Assembly: GCF_036365525.1 (NCBI RefSeq)
Contig: NC_090389.1
Coordinates: forward strand, 8,432,001-8,496,000
Direction: 5' to 3'
DNA from: Heterodontus francisci
Taxonomy: Eukaryota
Length of the DNA: 64,000 nucleotides
Positions within the stretch are counted from its first letter, which is position 1. Every line of letters starts with the position of its first letter. The notes below the pieces were generated by a model. The model did no database searches and was not told the DNA's origin. It saw only the letters and a list, made by a program, of their open reading frames with translations. This document shows, piece by piece, positions 44,631 to 55,632 of the stretch. The position numbers were made by a program, and so were the translations under genes.

Positions 44631-47240
44631 CATACGAACGTATGAATTAGGAGCAAATGTAGGCCACTCGATCCCTCGAGCCTACTCCGCCGTTCAATAA
44701 GTTCCTGGCTGAACTGATTACTCCATATTTCCACCTACCCCTGATAACCTTTCACCCCCTTGCTGATTAATAATCGATCTACCTCTGCCTTAAAAATATT
44801 CAAAGACTCTGCTTCCACTGCCTTTTGAGGAAGAGAATTCCAAAGACTCACAACCTTCTGAGAGAAAAAATTTCTCCTCATCTCTGTCTTAAATGGGAGA
44901 CCCCTTATTTTTAAACAGTGACCCCTAGTTCGAGATTCTCCCACAAGGGGAAACATCCTTTCCACATCCACCCTGTCAAGACCCCTCAGGATCTTATATG
45001 TTTCAATCAAGTCACCTCTTACTCTTCTAAATTCCAGCGGATACAAGCCTAGCCTGTCCAATCTTTCCTCATAAGACAGCCCACCCATTCCAGGTATTAG
45101 TCTAGTAAACCTTCTCTGTACTGCCTCCAACACATTTACATCCTTCCTTAAATAAGGAGACCAGTACTGTACACAATACTCCAGATGTGGTCTCACCAAT
45201 GCCCTGTATAGCTGAAGCATAACCTCCCTACTTTTGTACTCCATTCCCCTCGCGATAAATGATCACATTCTATTACCTTTCCTAATTACATGCTGTACCT
45301 GCATACTAACCTTCTGCGATTCATGCGCTAGGACACCCAGATCCCTCTGCATCTCAGAGATCTGCAATCTCTCACCAACAACTGAAGGCACTGGATACTG
45401 CAAAGGCTATGGGCCCTGACAATATTCCGGCAGTAGTACTGAAGACCTGTGCTCCAGAACTTGCCGCGACCCTAGCCAAGCTGTTCCAGTACAGCTACAA
45501 CACTGGCACCTATCCGGTAATGTGGAAAATTGTCCTGTACACAAAAAGCAGGACAAGTCCAACCCGGCCAACTACCGCCCCATCAGTCTACTCTCAATCA
45601 TCAGGAGAGTGATGGAAGGTGTCAACAACAGTGCCATCAAGCAGCACTTGCTTAGCAATAACCTGCTCAGTGATGCTCAGTTTGGGTTCCGCCAGGCCAC
45701 TCAGCTCCTGACCTCATTACAGCCTTGGTTCAAATAGGACAAAAGAGCTGAACTCAAGAGGTGAGGTGAGAGTGACTGCCCTTGACAACAAGGCAGCACT
45801 TGACCGAGTATGGCATCAGGGAGCCCTAGCAAAACTGGAGTAAACAGTAATCAGGGGGAAAACTCTCCACTGGCTGGAGTCATACCTAATGCAAAGCAAG
45901 ATGGTTGTGGTTGTTGGAGGTCAATCATCTGAGCTCCAGGACATCACTGCAGGAATTCCTCAGGGTAGTGTCCTAGGCCCAACCATCTTCAGCTGCTTCA
46001 TCAAAGAACAAAGAACAGTACAGCACAGGAACAGGCCATTCGGCCCTCCAAGCCTACGCCGATCTTGATGCCTGCCGAAACTAACACCTTCTGCACTTCC
46101 GGGGCCCATATCCCTCTATTCCCTTCCTATTCATGTACTTGTCAAGATGTCTCTTAAACGTCGCTATTGTATCTGCTTCCACTACCTCCCCTGGCAGCAA
46201 GTTCCAGGCACTCACCACCCTCTGTGTAAATGACCTTCCTTCAATCATAAGGTCAGAAGTGGGAATGTTCGCTGATGATTGCACCATGTTCAACACCATT
46301 CGCAACTCCTCAGGTACTGAAGCAGTCCGTGTAGAAATGCAGTAAGACCTGGACAATATCCAGGCTTGGGCTGGTAAGTGGCAAGTAACATTCGCGCCAC
46401 ACCAGTGCCAGACAATGACCATCTCTAACAAGAGAGAATCTAACCATCTCCCCATAACATTTAATGGCATTACCATTAATGAATCCCCCACTCTCAACAT
46501 CCTAGGGGCTACCATTGACCAGAAACTGAACTGGAGTAGCCATATAAATACCATGACTACAAGAGCAGGTCAGAGGCTAGGAATCCTGCGGCGAGTAACT
46601 CACCTCCTGACTCCCCAAAGCTTGTCCACCATCTACAAGGCACAAGTCAGGAGTGTGTTGGAATACTCTCCACTTGCCTGGATGAGTTCAGCTCCAACAA
46701 TACTCAAGAAGCTCGACACCATTCAGGACAAAGCAGCCCGTTTGATTGGCATCCCATCCACAAACATTCACTCGCTCCACCACCGACACACAGTGGTAGC
46801 AGTGTGTACCATCTACAAGATGAAGTGCAGCAACGCACCTAGGCTCCTTAGACAGCACCTTCCAAACCCGCGACCTCTACCATCTAGAAGGACAAGGGCA
46901 GCAAATGCATGGGAACACCACCACCTGCATGTACCCCTCCAAGTCACACACCATCCTGACTTGGAACTATATTGCCATTCTTTCACTGTCGCTGGGTCAA
47001 AATCCTGGAACTCCCTTCCTAACAGCACTGTGGGTGTACCTACCCCACATGGACTGCAGCGGTTCAAGAAGGCAGCTCACCACCACCTTCTCAAGGGCAA
47101 TTAGGAATAAATGCTGGCCTAGCCAGGAACGCCCACATCCCATGAATGAATAAAAAAAAATTTAGATAATATTCTTCTTTTTTATTCTTCCTGCCAAAGT
47201 GGACAATTTCATAGTTTCCCACATTCTACTCCATTTGCCA
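44631..47240 (-). mobile_element. Young CR1 3' end (44631-45378, resuming 47161-47240), interrupted by LINE family B
   Basis: Intact 169-aa ORF 44735-45244 (LVRPHLEYCVQYWSP...). The flanks ctctcacca|tttagataat rejoin. Confidence 0.9.
45379..47160 (+). mobile_element. LINE family B (CR1/L2-group), RT to 3' end; nested CR1 tail at 46003-46228 (-)
   Basis: [41 protein letters not shown], a 229-aa C-terminal ORF, and tail atgaatgaataaaaaaaa. Confidence 0.92.
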
Positions 47241-49033
47241 TTTGGCTGTTCCTGCCTGTGCAAGTCCTTTGAAAGAGCTATCCAATTAATCCCACTCCTC
47301 TGCTTTTTGCCCACAACCTTGTAAATATTTTCCCTTCAAGTATATATCCAATTCTCTTTTGAATTTTACTATTGAATCTGCTTCCACCACCGTTTCAGGC
47401 AGTGCATTCCAGATCGTAACTCACTGTGTAAAAAAAAGTTTCCTCACATCACCTCTGGTTCTTTTGTCAATCACCTTAAATCTATGTACTCTAGTTACAG
47501 ACCGACCTCCCCATGGAAACAGTTTCTCTTTACTTAATCTATCAAAACCATTCATGATTTTGAACATCTGTATCAAAACTCCTTTAACCTTCTCTGCTTC
47601 AAGGAGAACAATCCCAGCTTCTCCTGTCTCTCCACATGACTGAAGACCCTCATCCCTGGTACCATTCCAGTATATCTCCTCTGTCCCCTCTCCAAGGCCT
47701 ACTCATCCTTCCTAAAAGGCATTGCCCAGAATTGAACACAATACTCCAGCTGAGGCCAGTGTTTTATCGAGGTTTAGCATAATCTCCATGCTTTTGTGCT
47801 CTATTCCTCTATTAATAAAATCAAGGATCCCGTATGCTTTTTGACAGCTTTCTCAACCTGTCCTGCCAGCTTCATAAATTTGTGTACATACATCCCCAGG
47901 TCTCTCTGTTCCTGTACCCACTTTAAAATTGTATAATTTGGTTCATATTGTCTCTCCTCATTCTTTCTACCAAAATGTATCACTACGTACTTCGCTATGT
48001 TAAATTTCATCAGCCATGTGTCTGCCCCTTTCACCAGTCTAAGTCCTCTTTGAAGTCCGTTATTGTCTGCCTCATTATTTAACACATGGTATTTAATAAT
48101 AGATTTGTATGATCTGCAACAGTTGAAATTATACCCTACATAGCCAAATCTAGATCATTAACATATATCAAGAAGAGCAATTGTCCCAATACTAACCCCT
48201 GGGGAACTCCACTGTATACTTCTCTCCAGTCTGAAAAACAACCTTTCACCATCACTCTCTGCTTTCTGTTCATTAGCCAATTTCATATCCCTGCTGCCAC
48301 TGTCTCTTTAATGGGCTTTAATTTTGCTAAACAATCTATTATTTGGTACTTTGTGAAACACCTTTTGAAAGTCTATACATAAATCAACTATATTACGACT
48401 GAATGTTTCAGACTGGCACATTCCAAGGTCCAGGACTACGTGCTGAGGGACGCACTAAAGCTTGGGGCAGCCGCGGTAAAGGCTCAATGGGGAAAGACCA
48501 CTGTGTAAGATACCCCCACCAAGGTGAACTGAGGGGCTGGATCCACGGAAAACCCCTCAGGCTGTAGCCATAAAAAATTTGTTTGCTGCAAAAAGTACAT
48601 GGCAGATAAAATGAAATGGAAGGGTTGTGAGGCAACTCACTCCTGTATTGAAGGAAACTGATCTCCTTTGCACTCTTTGTATTGTTGACTTGATGCTGTT
48701 TTGAACTGTTTTGTAATGTATTTTTTACAGTTTTTTATGAATAAAGTATATTTTGGAAATTTAAAAAAATACTCTCATCGACCCTCTCAGTTACTTCAGC
48801 AACGAACTCAATCAAAATAGGCAAACATGATTTTCCTTTTACAAATGCATGCTAACTTTCATTTATTAGCCATTATATCTCCAAACGCCAACTAATTTTG
48901 TCCTGGATTCTAGTCTCTAAAAGTTTCCCCACCAACAACGTTTGGCAGACTGGTCTACAGTTACCAGGTTTATTCCTCTCCCCTTCTTAAAACAGGGCTG
49001 TAACATTTACAATTCTCCAGTCCTCCAGTACCA
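47241..49033 (-). mobile_element. Older CR1 RT fragment interrupted by Tx1
   Basis: QRDLGMYVH, GVPQG and YRPVCQTLLVGKLLE-like motifs. Confidence 0.8.
48396..48769 (+). mobile_element. Tx1/L1 3' fragment (same family as 13549)
   Basis: gactggcacattccaaggtccaggactacgtgctgagggacgcac is identical to 14505-14550. AATAAA and an A-rich tail follow. Confidence 0.9.
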
Positions 49034-49043
49034 ACAACAACAT

Positions 49044-49414
49044 GGAGAGGCAGTGGTGTAGTCGTAAAGGCACTGGACTAGTAGTCCAGAGCCCAAGCTA
49101 ATGCTCAGGGGGTATGGGTTCACATCCCACCACTGCAGATTGCGAAATTTGAATTCAATTAATAAATCTGCAATTAAAAGTTAGTCTAATGGTGACCATG
49201 AAACCATTGTCAATTGTCAAAACTCATCTGGTTCATTAATGTCCTTTAGGGAAGGAAATCTGCCATCCTTACACATGACTCCAGAGCCGCAGCAATTGGC
49301 TCTTAACTGCCCTCTGAATGGCCCAGCAAGCCACTCAGTTCAAGGGCAAATAGGGATGGGCAATAAATGCTGGCCTAGTCAGCGATGCCCACATCCCACA
49401 AATGAATAAAAAAA
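49044..49414 (+). mobile_element. Full-length tRNA-derived SINE sharing its 3' tail with LINE family B
   Basis: A-box-like cagtggtgtagtcgt, B box gggttcacatccc, and tail caagggcaaatagggatgggcaataaatgctggcc...cccacatccc...gaataaaaaa. Confidence 0.88.
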
Positions 49415-50235
49415 CTTGCATTTATATAGCACTTTTAATATCGTAAAAAGTCCCAAGGCACTTCACAGGAGTGTTATAAAACAAAATGGGACACTGAGCC
49501 ACATAAGGAGCTATTAGGGCAGGTGACCAAAACCCTGGTCAAAGAGGTAGGTTTTAAGGAGCGTCTTAAAGGAGTAGAGAGGGGTGGAGAGGCAGAGAGG
49601 TTTAGGGAGAGAATTCCAGAATTTAGGGCTGAGACAGCTGAAAGCACTCCCACCACTGATGGAGGATATTAAAGTAGGGGATACACAAGTGGTCAGAATT
49701 GGAGAAGCACAAATATCTCAGAGGGTGTGGGGCTGGAGGAGGTTACAGACGGGTGAATCTATGGAAGGATTTGAAAATAAGGATGGGAATTTTAAAATTA
49801 AGGCATTGACAGATTAGGAGCCAATGTAGGTCAGTCAGCGCAGAGGTGATGGGTACGGGCTGCAGAGTTTTGGATGTGCTCAAGTTTATACTGGATGGAA
49901 GAATGGAGGTCGGCAAGGAGGGCATTGGAATAATCAAGCCTAGAGGTAACAAAGGTATGGATGAGGGTTACAGCAGCAGATGTGCTGACGAAAGTGTGAG
50001 ATCAGGCGACATTACGGAGGTGGAAGTAGGCGATCTTGGTGAAGGGTGGAGAAGTGGTCAGAAGCTTATCTCGGGGTCAGCAAGGTTGTGAACAGTCTGG
50101 TTCAACCTCAGACTGTTGCCAGGGAGAGGGATGGTGAGAGAAGGGCGTTAGTGACAGGGACTGAAGATAATTGCCTTGGTCTTCCCAATAGCCAGTGAAA
50201 ATTTCTGCTCTTCCAGTGTTGGATGTCGGACAAAG
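49415..50235 (-). mobile_element. L2-clade LINE 3' region
   Basis: PITSALTDLHWL...FKIPILIFKS. Homologous to 39527-40503. Confidence 0.8.
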
Positions 50236-50236
50236 G

Positions 50237-51775
50237 TGGTTCCATATCCAGGGAGAACTGGAAATTGTGGCCAGAGCCTCCGCAATTTCCGCCCTTACTT
50301 CCCTCAGTAACCTAGGATGCATCCATCTGGACCAGGTGACTTTTCTATTTTGAGTACAGCTAGCCTTTTAAGTAACTCCTCTTCATCTATTTCTAACCTA
50401 TCCAATGACGCTACTGCCTTCTCCTTTCCTGCTGCATTGACAGCATCCTCTTCGATAGTGAAGACAGATGCAAAGTACTTATTCCATACCTCTGTCATGC
50501 CATGCCTCTGCTTCCATGACAGGATCTCCTTTTTGGCTCCTAATCAGCCTCACCCTTCCACAACCCTTTTACTATTATATTTAAGGATTTAAAGAAATAG
50601 ACTTTTGGGTTCTCTTTTATCTTAGTTGCTAATCTATTCTTGTACTTGTCGCTTTGCCCTTCTTATTTCCTGTTTTAGATCTCCTCTGTACTTTCTATAT
50701 TCAGCTTGGTTCTCTACTTTATGAAGAACATTATAATTGCCTTAAGCCTCCTTTATCTGTCTCATTTTATCCTCTGTATCTTTAGTCATCCAGGGATCCC
50801 TGGCTTTCGATGTGCTTCCTTTCCCCTTCCTAGGAATGTATCTACTCTGTATTTGAATCGTCTCCTCTTTGAAGGCCTCGCATTGTTCAATTACTGTTTT
50901 AACTACTAATTTTTGATTCTAATCCACCTGGACCAGATTCGTGTTCAACTCACTGATGTTAGCACTCCTCCAGTTAAGTAATTTTACACTTGGTTGTACC
51001 TTGCCCTTGTCCATAACTATTCTGAACCTAATGATATGATCACTGCTTCCCAAATGTTTTCGTTCTTGCCCCACTTCATTCTCTGGAACTAGATCCAGTG
51101 CTGCTCCCTTCCTCATTGGACTGGAAACATACTGATCAAGAAAGTTGTCTTGTACACATTTCAGGAATTCCTCCCCACTTTGCCCTTATAATACTACCAC
51201 ACCTCGTCTCTTTTACTTCCTTCCCTATCTTTTCTCCGCTTCTTTGAGCCAGATCACCATTACTGCCACTATATAATAATTCCCTATGGTGACTTCAGCC
51301 TGCACCTCACTAACCTTATTTACCACGCTCTATGCAATTACACACGTGCACTCCAAACACATCTTAGACTGCCTTGCATATGTCCCTTGCCTGATCCTTC
51401 CTATTTCTGAATTATTCTTTACTCGAGTGCTGTTTGTCTCTCCCAATCCTCTGTATAGCCTGTTTGTCATCTATAACATTTCATCCTGGTGTCCAGCCAC
51501 TGCCAAATTAGTTTAATTCCTCCCCCACAGCAGTACTTAATCTTCCCGCGAGGACTTTGGTCCCAACTCTGTTGAGGTGCAACCTTTGAACATGTCTCAA
51601 TATCCCAGGAATCTGAAGCCCTCCCTCCTGCACCATTTCTCCACCTATTTATTCGACTATTCCTATAACAACAACAACATTGTGTTGTCATTATTGTACG
51701 ATTCCTATACTCACTAGCACTTGCCACAGGGAGTAATCCAGAGATCACTACCTTTGAAGTCCTGTTTCTTAACAG
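50237..51775 (-). mobile_element. CR1 (ORF1 end, EN, linker) with deletions
   Basis: KVVISGLLPV, LDLV..NE.GQ, SDH, KSPGPDG.HPRLL. Confidence 0.8.
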
Positions 51776-51790
51776 ATAATCTTCAGTCTG

Positions 51791-52002
51791 TGCCTCTGAA
51801 TCAGAAGGTTGTAGGTTCAAGTTCTATTTGAGACACTTGAGCACAAAATCTAGGCTGCCATTCCAGTGTGGTACTGATGGAGTGCTGCACTGTTGAAGGT
51901 GCCGTCTTTCAGATGAGACATTAAATCAAAGCTCTGTCCGCTCTCTCAGGTCAATGTAAAATATCCCATAGAACTATTGTGAACAGGAGCAGGAGAGTTC
52001 TT
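51791..52002 (+). mobile_element. Deu-domain SINE (SacSINE1-like) 5' part
   Basis: cagaaggttgtaggttcaag...gagtgctgcactgttgaaggtgccgtctttcagatgagacattaaa...ctctcagg. Confidence 0.75.
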
Positions 52003-53250
52003 AGATTCATAGAGTCATTTACAGCACAGGAGGCCATTCAGCCCATTGAGTCCATGCCGGCTCTCCACAGAGCTATCCAGTCAGTCCCACTCCCCCGCTT
52101 GATCCCTGTAGTCCTGCAAGTCTATTTCCTTCAAATGTTCATCCACCTTCCTCTTGAAGTCATTACTGTCTCCACTTCCACCACCCTTGTGGGCAGTGAG
52201 CTCCAGGTCATTACCACTTGCTGCGTAAAAAAAGTGCTTCCTCACATTCACACTACATCTCTTGTCAAAAATTTTCAATCTGTGTCTCCGAGTCTTTGTA
52301 CCATTAGTTAATGGGAAAAGTTTTTCCTTGTCTAACTTATCTAAGCCTGTCATAATCTTGTACACCTGTATCAAATCTCCCCTCAATCTCTTTTGTTCTA
52401 AGGTAAACAACCCAGCTTTTCCAACTTAACCTTGTAATTAAAATCCTCCATCCCTGCAACCATTCTGGTAAATCTCAAGGACAAGCGCATCCTTCCTAAA
52501 TTGTGGTGACCAGAACCGGACCCAATACTCCAGTTGGGGCCTAACCAGAGCTTTATAAAGGTTCAGCATAACTTCCCTGCTTTTGTACTCAATGCCTCTA
52601 TTTATGAAGCCCAAGATCCCATATGCTTTACTAACCACTCTCTCAATATGTTCTGCCATCTTCAAAGATCTATGCACATGAACCCCCAGGTCCCTCTGTC
52701 CCTGCACACATAGACCTGTGCCATTAAGTATAGATTGCTTTTCCTTATTTCTTCTGCCAAAATGCATCACCTCACACATGTCAGTATTAAATTCCATCTG
52801 TCACCTGTCTGCTCACTCCGCTAGCCTATCTATGTCCTGTTTCAGGCAGCTCGTATAGGAACAGGAGTAGGCCATTCCGCCCATCAAGCCTGTCCCGCCA
52901 TTCAAGATGATCATGGTTGATCATTCACTTCAATGCCTTTTTCCCACACTATCCCCATATTCCCTATGTTATTTCCTTTTAGAAATCTGTCAATATCTGC
53001 TTTAAACATACTCAATGACTGAGCTTCCACAGCCCTCTGGGGTAGAGAATTCCAAAGATTCACAACCCTCTGAGTAAAGAAATTTCTCCTCATATCTGTC
53101 CTAAGTGGCTTCCCCCTTATTTTGAACTTGTGTCCCCTGGTTCTAGACTCCCCAACCAGGGGAAACATCTTAGCTGCATCTACCCTGTCTATCCCTTTAA
53201 ATATTTTGTAGGTTTCAATGAGATGACCTCTTATTCTTCAAAACTCTAGA
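52003..53250 (-). mobile_element. Two adjacent CR1 3' fragments (52003-52855 and 52856-53250)
   Basis: ORFs 52081, 52438 and 52911 encode the CR1 ORF2 C-terminus. Two distinct 3' tails. Confidence 0.85.
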
Positions 53251-54466
53251 GAATATATCCTCGCTGTTTGCCACACCTCCAAGTTTGGTGCCATCGGCAA
53301 ATTTTGAGATTCTACTCTGTATTCCAAGATCCAAATCACTTACATATGTAGCAGAAAAACCAACGGTCCCAGCACTGACCCTTGGGGAACACCACTGCCT
53401 GCTATCCTCCAATCTGAAAGCAACTATTTACCACAACTCGCTGTTTGCTGCCCTTGAACCAATTTGTTTTATCCAATTGGACACTGACCCTCATATTCCA
53501 TGAGCCTCAATCTTGTTAACCAGCCTTTTATGCGGTACCTTATCAAACACCTTTTAAAAATCTATATAAACAATATCCACTGCATTCCCTTCATCAATCT
53601 TCTCAGTTACTTCATCAAAAAATTTTATTATATTCATCAAGCATGATCTGCATTTTATAAATCCATGCTGGCTATCCTTAATTGACTTGAATCTCTCCAA
53701 GTGTCTATTGATTTCTTCCCTAATTATTGTTTCTAAAAACTTACCCACCACGTACGTTAAACTAACTGGCCTGTAGTTGCTAGGACTGCCCTTATATCCT
53801 TTCTTGAATAAGGGTGTCACATTTGCCACTCTCCAATCCTCTGACACCTCCCCCATATCCAGGGAAGATTATAAGATTATGGCAAGCCCTTCTGCTATCT
53901 CCATCCCCATTTCCTTTAGCAATCTGGGATGCAAGCCATCCAGACCAGGTGACATATCTAATCTCAGCATAGCCAGCCTTTTTATTACCTTCTCCTTCTC
54001 AATTTTTACTCTATCCATTGCCGCTACTCTCTCTGTTCCTACCAATATTTTGTCAGATTCCACTTCCTTAGAGAACACTGATACAAGGTACTCATTAAGT
54101 ATATTAGCCTTGCCCTGTACCTCTAAGCAAATATCACCCTCTTTGTCCCAATAGGGCCCAATCCACCTCTTACTACCCGCTTACTATTGTTACGTGAGCT
54201 CTTTTATTTTTCTTTGTACAATATGTTTTAAGAAATTATAGTTGGATTGTGGACACTGATTCATCTATAATATTGAAGAGGCTGAACTTTGTGGTTGTAT
54301 TAAAAAAAAGGAAAGTCAACAGAAGGTTCCTGATTTTGGCTAGTAAACAAGTTTACTGGAAAACACCTGTTTGCAAAGAACCCAGCAGCGAGTTGTGCTG
54401 TGATTCTGAAAGAGCTATTTACAAGGAAATGACAAGTCAAGATTTATGGGTGTCATAGGACTTGTT

Positions 54467-55166
54467 GAGCAGAGAGACCTTGGGGTGCAAGTACATAGTT
54501 CCCTGAAAGTGGCAACACAGGTAGACAGGGTGGTGTAGAAGGCGTATGGCATGCTTGCCTTCATCGGCCGAGGCATTGAGTCCAAGAGTTGGGACACCAT
54601 GTTACAGTTGTACATAACGTTGGAGTACTGTGTGCAGTTCTGGTCGCCGCACAACAGGAAAGATGTGATTAAGCTAGAGAGGGTGTAGAAAAGATTCACA
54701 GGGATGTTGCCTGGTTTGGAGGGTTTGAGTTATAAAGAAAGATTGGATAGGCTGGGTCTGTTTTCTCTGGAGTGAAGGAGGCTGAGAGGGGATATGATAG
54801 AGGTTTATAAAATTATGAGAGGCATAGACAGGGTAGATAGCCAGAGTCTGTTTCCCATGGTAGGGGTGACTAAAACTAGAGGGCACAGATTTAAGGTGAG
54901 AGGGAGGAGGTTTAGAGGGGATCAAAGGGGTAAATTTTTCACACAAAGAATAGTGGGTATCCAGAATGAGCTGCCTGAGGAGGTGGTGGAGGCAGGAACA
55001 GTAGCGACATTTAAGAGGCATCTGGACAGGTACTTGAATGAGCAAGGCATAGAGGGATATGGAATTAATGCAGGCAGGTGGGATTAGTATAGATAGGCAT
55101 TATGGTTGGCATGGACGTGGTGGGCCGAAGGGCCTGCTTCTATGCTGTACGACTCTATGACTCTAT
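54467..55166 (+). mobile_element. CR1 3' end nested in the LTR
   Basis: MIEVYKIMRGIDRVD..., (ctctatga)n tail, and an 8-bp TSD gacttgtt. Confidence 0.9.
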
Positions 55167-55246
55167 GACTTGTTTTGGGAAAAAGTTGGTTTCATTTTGA
55201 ACTGTTAAAAAAGCCAGTTGGTTTGGTCGCAAGCAGAAAGAAGTGA

Positions 55247-55319
55247 GCCTGGATAGCTCAGTAGGTAGAGTATCAGACTTTTAATCTGAGGGTCCAGGGT
55301 TCAAGTCTCTGTTTAGGGA
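55247..55319 (+). pseudogene. tRNA-Lys(UUU) pseudogene
   Basis: GCCTGGATAGCTCAGTAGGTAGAGTATCAGACTTTTAATCTGAGGGTCCAGGGTTCAAGTCTCTGTTTAGGGA is close to vertebrate tRNA-Lys-TTT. The anticodon arm is intact, with mismatches in the acceptor and T stems. Confidence 0.88.
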
Positions 55320-55361
55320 CTGTTATTAATACAGCATTTAACTCCCACATTCTTATCAACA

Positions 55362-55443
55362 GTAGTCACAGCTCAGTGGTTAAAACAATGGACTAAAAAT
55401 GCAATGGGGTCTCCCTGCATGGTTTTGAATCCTGCTGACTATG
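55362..55443 (+). pseudogene. tRNA-Ser(AGA)-derived pseudogene
   Basis: 82 nt colinear with vertebrate tRNA-Ser-AGA (gtagtc..gagtggttaa..gatggacta.aaatc.a.tggggtctcccc..gaatcctgc.gacta.g), including the long variable arm. Many CpG-type changes; the anticodon is mutated. Confidence 0.8.
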
Positions 55444-55467
55444 GTAGCTATGACGTTGATTATGTTT

Positions 55468-55632
55468 GAGTATGCTTAAAGCAGAGATTGACAGATTTCT
55501 AAATACTAATTACATAAGGGGATATGAGGATAGTGTGGGAAAAAGGCATCAAAGAGGATGATCAGCCATGATCATATTGAATGGCAGGGCAGGCCTGATG
55601 GACTGAATGGCCTACTCCTCATCCCATGTTCC
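55468..55632 (+). mobile_element. Short CR1 3' tail directly downstream of the tRNA pair
   Basis: agtatgcttaaagcagagattgacagatttct...gatcagccatgatcatattgaatggc...gaatggcctactcct matches the reverse complement of 52860-53015. Confidence 0.85.

Noticed and set aside
55247-55443. Functional tRNA genes
   Set aside because: Stem mismatches, a mutated Ser anticodon, no oligo-T terminator, and location inside an LTR argue against function.
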